DNA from: an uncultured virus (IMG/VR IMGVR_UViG_3300046689_000650) | Lineage: Duplodnaviria > Heunggongvirae > Uroviricota > Caudoviricetes | DNA length: 20,000 nt | Strand: one strand, 5' to 3' | Virus record (IMG/VR): IMGVR_UViG_3300046689_000650 | Shown: positions 15,275 through 20,000 of the stretch, piece by piece | Layout of the letters: the number at the start of each line of letters is the position of its first letter | Numbering within the stretch: the first letter of the stretch is position 1 | Position numbers and translations under genes: made by a program | Notes under the pieces: generated by a model | The model's database searches: none | Seen by the model: the letters and a program-made list of their open reading frames with translations, nothing else | What the model was told of the DNA's origin: nothing

Positions 15275-15549
15275 TGGGCCGTCTCCGGGAGCGGCACGTC
15301 GGCGACAGCCCGCCCCTGGTAGCTGGCGTGCTGGCACCGGCCCATGAAGCAGGGCTCGGCACGCCGCTTCCACTCGCCGCGGCCGACCAGCTCGTGCCGC
15401 CACCCCTCGGCCGCTTCCCGTCGCCGGTCGGCGATCCGGGGGGTGAACTCCTTGTGGGCGTCCTCGGCAAGCTGGCCGACGACCTCCTCGTGTACGGAGC
15501 CGTACACGCAGCCCGTCGGGGCGATGCGGATCCAGAAGCCGGCCATCAC
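15271..15549 (-). CDS. Hypothetical protein (~92 aa)
   Basis: GGAGG RBS and GTGATG overlapping the upstream stop; MAGFWIRIAPTGCVYGS... Confidence 0.7.
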   Translation of the reverse strand: MMAGFWIRIAPTGCVYGSVHEEVVGQLAEDAHKEFTPRIADRRREAAEGWRHELVGRGEWKRRAEPCFMGRCQHASYQGRAVADVPLPETAQ

Positions 15550-16043
15550 GCCACCCGCCTCTGCTGCCAGGCGGTGAGCTGGTTGGTGGCGGTCCGCCAG
15601 GTTTGCGCTCGGTTCCAGTCGGCGCCCGGGAACGCGCCCTGCATCAGGTCGGCGAGCCGGTTCGAACCGCCGCGCGGGAGGCGGAGCTTGGCGCCGTCGG
15701 CGGTGAAGCACTGAGCGAGAAAAGTCCGGTGACTCTCCCCCGTCGCATCAGTCCAGACCGGCGCCAGAAGCACGGTGACGGCGCCGGGCGCGATCAGGCT
15801 GATACGCCACGCCAGTTGCCGCTGATGCCTGCGCCTACGGCAGGCCGAAGCCTTCCGCGGGTGCAGCGGGTGCGCTTCACGGTCGGCGGTGCGGCGGGCC
15901 CGCTGCATCTCCAACAGCTCGCCGCGGACACCTTTCGACCAGGCGCCCATGTCGGGGCCGTAGACGGCGGCGAAGTCGGCGTCGAGACGGACGAGGGCGA
16001 GTTCGACGTCGTCGGCGTGGCGGGATTCCAGGGCGGTGCTCAT
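15546..16043 (-). CDS. Hypothetical protein (165 aa)
   Basis: ATGA overlap; FPGADWNRAQTW near the C-terminus. Confidence 0.75.
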   Translation of the reverse strand: MSTALESRHADDVELALVRLDADFAAVYGPDMGAWSKGVRGELLEMQRARRTADREAHPLHPRKASACRRRRHQRQLAWRISLIAPGAVTVLLAPVWTDATGESHRTFLAQCFTADGAKLRLPRGGSNRLADLMQGAFPGADWNRAQTWRTATNQLTAWQQRRVA

Positions 16044-16258
16044 GCCGCCACCGCTTTCAGGGCTACGGCCGGCTGCTCGGGCTGCGGGAGCCGGGCGTCG
16101 ATCGCGCCGAGCAGGGCCTCCACGGCACCGGACAGGAACGCGCAGTCCGTGACGGTGACGGGCATCCCGTCCGTGATCGCCTTGGAGATCGGGGCGTGGA
16201 CTTCGCGGACGTAGGCCACGACCGCGGCGAGGCCGGCATCCATGTCGAGCTCGTTCAC
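16040..16258 (-). CDS. Hypothetical protein (72 aa)
   Basis: AAGGAG RBS; GTGA overlap; VNELDMDAGLAAVV... Confidence 0.7.
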   Translation of the reverse strand: MNELDMDAGLAAVVAYVREVHAPISKAITDGMPVTVTDCAFLSGAVEALLGAIDARLPQPEQPAVALKAVAA

Positions 16259-16566
16259 AGCGTCTCCTTGAGGGCGTTCCGGGCTGCGCGTTCGGCTTCC
16301 ACGCGGGCGGTCATCTCGGCGGCCCAGGCGGGGTAGTCGGCGATCTGTGCGAGCGGTGCGTTCGGGTGCCGGACCAGCCAGGCGTCCAGCTGGTAGGCGA
16401 GGCGGTCCGACGGGGATGCGGTGCGGTCGGCGGCCTCGGTGAGGAGCCGGGCGTTGCGCTGGCCGGTGACGATCGCGGCGACCTGCTGCTGCAGCGTCGA
16501 CCGCGGCACGTTCGCGCGGTCGATGTGCGGCGGCGGGGACTGGAAGCGCTTCGGGGTGAAGGTCAT
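16255..16566 (-). CDS. Hypothetical protein (103 aa)
   Basis: ATGA overlap, GAGG RBS, GC-ending codons. Confidence 0.75.
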   Translation of the reverse strand: MTFTPKRFQSPPPHIDRANVPRSTLQQQVAAIVTGQRNARLLTEAADRTASPSDRLAYQLDAWLVRHPNAPLAQIADYPAWAAEMTARVEAERAARNALKETL

Positions 16567-17372
16567 GACGCCGCCTCGGTCCGCTTGTCGTCACCAAGCG
16601 CGGCGCGCTGGACCGGCGCGACCCAGTCGGGGACAGGGATGGGGTTCTCCCAGCGCATCGCGTTCCGCTGCTCGCGGTCGCAGATGTCCAGCACGGCGCT
16701 GATGCGGTTGGTGAGGAGCTGCTTCGCGCCCTCGGCTCCTACGCGGTACGCCTGGTAGTTCTGTTCGGCCTGCTTCAGCCAGCCCTGGTACGCCTCGCGG
16801 TCCTTGACGACACGGAGGATCCCCTCGCCATGCGCCTCAGCCCGGAAGCGGGCTGAGGCCCAGGCGAGTTTGAACCTGGCACGCTCGCCCTCGGCCTTCA
16901 CGGCGCGGATGCGCCAGCGCTTCTTGCCGGCCTCGTGGTGCTGGATCGTTCGGCGCAGCTCCGGCAGCGTGGAACGCTCCAGGAAGGCGAGGTGCTCCTT
17001 GTGTGCGTCCAGTTCGGTGCGAAGCCGCTCGACTTCGGCTCGCAGCTCGGGCTTCGGCGCCATCAGGTCCGCCGGGGTCGCCGCACCAGCGGGCATGGGC
17101 AGGGCGCCGAGTTCACGGACCGCCTCTGCCGTCTCTTCCGCTCGCGCCTTCTCCCACTCATCCGCCGACACCGGGTCGACGTGAGTGAGAGCGATGTAGG
17201 AGCCCTCGCCGTCGACCCAGACGACGTCGTGACCACTGGCGGACTTCTGCGCCTTGGTCCGGGTGCGGGTGACCAGGCGGCGGGCTGCGGAATCGTCCTC
17301 CGGGCGGAAGCCCGGGTAGGCGAAGACCGGAGTGCCGACCGGGTAGCGGGCGTTGAACTGCTCGGCGTTCAT
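16563..17372 (-). CDS. Hypothetical phage protein, small N-terminal beta domain plus coiled coil
   Basis: MNAEQFNARYPVGTPVFAYPG...TRTRT.A....GHDVVWVDG...YIALTHV followed by heptad repeats; ATGA overlap. Confidence 0.8.
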   Translation of the reverse strand: MNAEQFNARYPVGTPVFAYPGFRPEDDSAARRLVTRTRTKAQKSASGHDVVWVDGEGSYIALTHVDPVSADEWEKARAEETAEAVRELGALPMPAGAATPADLMAPKPELRAEVERLRTELDAHKEHLAFLERSTLPELRRTIQHHEAGKKRWRIRAVKAEGERARFKLAWASARFRAEAHGEGILRVVKDREAYQGWLKQAEQNYQAYRVGAEGAKQLLTNRISAVLDICDREQRNAMRWENPIPVPDWVAPVQRAALGDDKRTEAAS

Positions 17373-18199
17373 CGCTGGCCGCCCTGCAACGGGACGGTCG
17401 GGATGGCGACGGCGGCGCTACCACCGAGCCGCTTGTGCAGCTCATGCAGGCCCTTTACCGTGACGCGGACCTGCGGGGCATCCATGACCAGCTCGCCCGT
17501 GCGCGGGTGGTAGTGGGACTGCGGGATCTCCGACAGCCACCGGCGTTCGATCGCCACCTGCATGACGCGCGGCCGGTCGTCGCCCAGCTGCCGGTACGTC
17601 CACCGGTACTCGTCGAGCAGCGTGAACAGCCGGTTCCGGCCCAGCCTGATCGCCGGGTCGCGCGCCAGGATCTTCGCCGCGTCCGCGACGGAGAAGTCGC
17701 CGTCACCCGAGGCGAGCACCTGCCACGAGTTCGCGGCCGGCTCCAACTCGGCGACCTTCTCCGTCAGCGCCTTCGTCTCCCGGACCTGACCGAGCAGCGC
17801 GACCAGCGCCTCCTCGTAGTCCTGCGGGAGAGCCGGGGTGGCGGGCTCGATCGAGTACGAACCGGTCGTGCGCAGAGAGGGGATGACCTCTTCGGCGAGC
17901 CAGTCCTGGAAGCGCTCGGCGGCGGGGAGGTTGCTCCGCATGATCAGGCGGTAGACGCCGGACTCGCGGATGACGGTCTTGTTGGGGTTACCCGGGGTTC
18001 CGTCGGAGATTACGACGGAACTCTTCATGCGCTCCGGCAGGCGACTGACGGCGTCACGACCGTTGGCCAGACCGAGCACGTCCGTCACGTCCTTGGCGAC
18101 GAACCAGGGCTCCGTGTCGATCATCACGGACCGCACGTGCTGCGCGGTCTCCGGGAAGGTGAACACCAGCGGGGTGCTCGGGGATGGGACCATGGTCAT
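17369..18199 (-). CDS. Phage antirepressor, Bro-N plus KilAC domains
   Basis: PWFVAKDV, ESGVYRLIMRS, FQDWLAEEVIPSLRTTGSY; LPQDYEEAL; SVADAAKIL..GRNRLF; VRVTVKG; AGGAG RBS before ATG 18199. Confidence 0.93.
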   Translation of the reverse strand: MTMVPSPSTPLVFTFPETAQHVRSVMIDTEPWFVAKDVTDVLGLANGRDAVSRLPERMKSSVVISDGTPGNPNKTVIRESGVYRLIMRSNLPAAERFQDWLAEEVIPSLRTTGSYSIEPATPALPQDYEEALVALLGQVRETKALTEKVAELEPAANSWQVLASGDGDFSVADAAKILARDPAIRLGRNRLFTLLDEYRWTYRQLGDDRPRVMQVAIERRWLSEIPQSHYHPRTGELVMDAPQVRVTVKGLHELHKRLGGSAAVAIPTVPLQGGQR

Positions 18200-18260
18200 T
18201 GGGTCCACTCCTGTTTCTCTCAGGGATCTACGGGTGGATCTCGCGGCTCTCGGGCCGCGG

Positions 18261-18301
18261 AGCCCCGGCTGCCGGCGAGCGAACCGGCGGTTGGGGCTTT
18301 T
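18261..18301 (+). terminator. Terminator-like hairpin after the AlpA-like gene, T-tract on the + strand
   Basis: agccccggctgccgg-N8-ccggcggttggggct then ttt. Confidence 0.55.
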
Positions 18302-18307
18302 GCCGCT

Positions 18308-18595
18308 CTAGGCGGCGGCGCGGGCCGGCTCGGCCGGACGGCTGTTGTGGAGCTGCGACTGGTCGGGGCCGAGTTCGGGGGCTCCCGCGAGCCAGGCGTC
18401 GATGTCGGCGATCCGCCAGGCGGCCTTGCGGCCGAGGTCTACGGACCGGGGACCGGGGCACTGGCCGGTGCGGCGCTGTATCGAGCGGTCCTTGTAGAGC
18501 GTCTCGATGGTCCGGCCTGAGAGCCGCGATGCTCCGTCGATCCAGACGTGGCCGGGTGGGGCCGGCGTCTTGTGCTGGGGGGCGTTGCGGGGCAC
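18308..18595 (-). CDS. AlpA/excisionase-like winged-helix protein
   Basis: ASRLSGRTIETLY...GPRSVDLGRKAAWRIADIDAWL. Confidence 0.8.
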   Translation of the reverse strand: MPRNAPQHKTPAPPGHVWIDGASRLSGRTIETLYKDRSIQRRTGQCPGPRSVDLGRKAAWRIADIDAWLAGAPELGPDQSQLHNSRPAEPARAAA

Positions 18596-18597
18596 GG

Positions 18598-18882
18598 TTA
18601 CTCCTCTTCGGGGTCATCATCCGTAGTCGCGGTGACGCAATTTGGCGTCACTGGGGGCGCGAAAAGGTTGAGAATGCTGCACCCGAACGCCCTCACGAGA
18701 GCGTGGGCGACGAGTACATCGACGTTGTCCTGGGCGCCGCTGGCGAGCTTCTGAATCAAGCCGGGGCTGACGTTCACGGTTTCCGCCAAGGTGCGAACCC
18801 TGAAGGGGATACCGGTCCAAGGGTTCTTCATGAACCATCTGAACATTTCGGCGGATTTGAGCGTGTAGCGCGGTCGACTCAA
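18598..18882 (-). CDS. Cro-like XRE HTH regulator
   Basis: VRTLAETVNVSPGLIQKLASG...LVRAFGCSILNLF; first gene of the divergent operon; GGAG RBS before TTG. Confidence 0.85.
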   Translation of the reverse strand: MSRPRYTLKSAEMFRWFMKNPWTGIPFRVRTLAETVNVSPGLIQKLASGAQDNVDVLVAHALVRAFGCSILNLFAPPVTPNCVTATTDDDPEEE

Positions 18883-18919
18883 TGGATCTCCAGTGGTGCG
18901 GACTGGCTTCGACTTGACC

Positions 18920-19063
18920 TAAGTAGACCACTAATCGCGTCGCTCTGTCTACAGATTGGGTCACCCCAACCCCGAGTGTTGGTAAGAGTTCCGGCCAAGT
19001 AGCATTGATCTGTAGACGATCCGTCTACAAACGGGGATGGTTGTAGGGACTGACCTGCTACTT
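18920..19063. promoter_or_regulatory. Immunity operator/promoter region
   Basis: Perfect inverted repeat tgtagacg-atc-cgtctaca at 19011-19029; more half-sites gtagac (18923) and gtctac (18947); relatively AT-rich spacer between divergent HTH genes. Confidence 0.75.
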
Positions 19064-19129
19064 TTCCAGCGCACCCCACGCCCCCTAGATACAGCCGGTG
19101 GAAGAGTGAACCGAGAGGACGACCAGGAC

Positions 19130-19558
19130 ATGACGGCAGCGGTACCCGCGCCGGACTCCAGCACTGCCGGGCCCTCCCCCACAGGCGCACTCTCGCAGCT
19201 CGTCCAGGGCGCCCTCGATGAAGGCAAGAGCCTCCGCGACCTCGGAAAGGCCGCGATCGACTCCAAGACCGGAACGAAGATCTCCTGGCAGTATTTCCAG
19301 AAGCTCGTGAAGAACCCTCCGGCCTCCGCCCCCAGCCCGACCCAGATCGGCGCCATCGCGGCTGCACTCGGCAAGTCCGAGCAGCGCATCAAAGAGGCCG
19401 CCGCAGAGCAGTGGCTCGACTACCGGGCCACGGAACTGGCCGGCTACGGCGGCACCGCGCGCATCATCCTCGGCCACGTCGGCGCGATGACCGAGCAGGA
19501 GCGCAGGCGCTGGCTCGCCATGATCGAGGCGGACGAGCGGTCTCGACGCGAGGACTAG
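19130..19558 (+). CDS. Putative immunity repressor (XRE-like HTH)
   Basis: KSLRDLGKAA...ISWQYFQKLV...PSPTQIGAIAAALGKSEQRIKEAAAEQW; divergent from the Cro-like gene; AGGA before ATG 19130. Confidence 0.8.
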   Translation: MTAAVPAPDSSTAGPSPTGALSQLVQGALDEGKSLRDLGKAAIDSKTGTKISWQYFQKLVKNPPASAPSPTQIGAIAAALGKSEQRIKEAAAEQWLDYRATELAGYGGTARIILGHVGAMTEQERRRWLAMIEADERSRRED

Positions 19559-19715
19559 CACGGCCGCAGCTAGCAGCGTGGCACCTGATCGGAAAGTTCT
19601 TAAGTAGACATTTCTTACAACAGATTGTGGCCATCCGTTAACAGGTCGTACCCTTCCACAACCGTGCACTAGTGGCCGTCGCGTCACTGGCGCACCGTGA
19701 CAACGGGAGGGCGCC

Positions 19716-20000
19716 ATGCTGCGTGTTGTGTACCAAGCCGCCAACCTCAAGCCCGGGAAGCTGTCCGACTGGCGTGAGGACCGCGGACTCCTGGAGATCC
19801 GAGTCGCACGCGGTACCCGGGCCCGCCAGTTCATCCCCTCGCTCAACGAGACCCTGCGCGACTTCCTCAAGAACGCCCAGTGGTACCAGCTGTGGGACGG
19901 TGAGATCGTCTCCGCCGATCACCCCGAGAACCCGATCTGCGTTGTCTTCGAGGTCTCTCCGTTCCAGCCGGCGCCGTACATCGACATCCGCGAGCACAAG
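19716..20000 (+). CDS. Hypothetical protein downstream of the repressor (runs off the window)
   Basis: GGGAGG RBS then ATG 19716; open frame MLRVVYQAANLKPGKLSDWREDRGLLEIRVARG...WYQLWDG... to the window end; not in the supplied ORF track. Confidence 0.75.
   Translation, partial: MLRVVYQAANLKPGKLSDWREDRGLLEIRVARGTRARQFIPSLNETLRDFLKNAQWYQLWDGEIVSADHPENPICVVFEVSPFQPAPYIDIREHK

Larger units (their letters stand above)
1..20000. mobile_element. Temperate actinophage/prophage early region (immunity, recombination, replication); extends beyond the window
   Basis: Divergent repressor/Cro pair, antirepressor, initiator-DnaC-DnaB module, two orphan methyltransferases and many small ORFs coupled by (A/G)TGA overlaps; no host housekeeping genes seen. 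Confidence 0.93.

Noticed and set aside
799..18320. Many proteins ending in ...AA or ...VA, as if ssrA-like degrons
   Set aside because: Explained more simply by the downstream RBS plus GC-rich spacer and the (A/G)TGA overlap; not testable from sequence alone

Overview
High-GC actinobacterial (Streptomyces-like) temperate phage or prophage early region. The immunity switch is at the right end: a repressor-like XRE gene on + and a Cro-like gene on -, with GTAGAC/GTCTAC operator-like repeats between them. From there a long, mostly translationally coupled minus-strand operon runs leftwards: Cro, AlpA/Xis-like HTH, Bro-N/KilAC antirepressor, small hypotheticals, DEDDh exonuclease, PD-(D/E)XK exonuclease, a Cys-rich Gp3-like protein, an HTH protein and a C5 methyltransferase. 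An orphan Phd/YefM-type antitoxin sits in the opposite orientation. It is followed by a lambda-O-style replication module (HTH initiator with an internal palindromic iteron array and T-rich tract, DnaC-like loader, Dam-like methyltransferase, DnaB helicase) and further small accessory genes. The most unusual element is a HIT-family gene split in-frame at its catalytic histidine triad by a ~600 bp, more AT-rich insert. The insert carries a diverged copy of the HIT C-terminus plus a Zn-finger/HNH-like domain, and the original HIT tail is left at the end of the fusion. All family calls come from motif recognition, not database searches.
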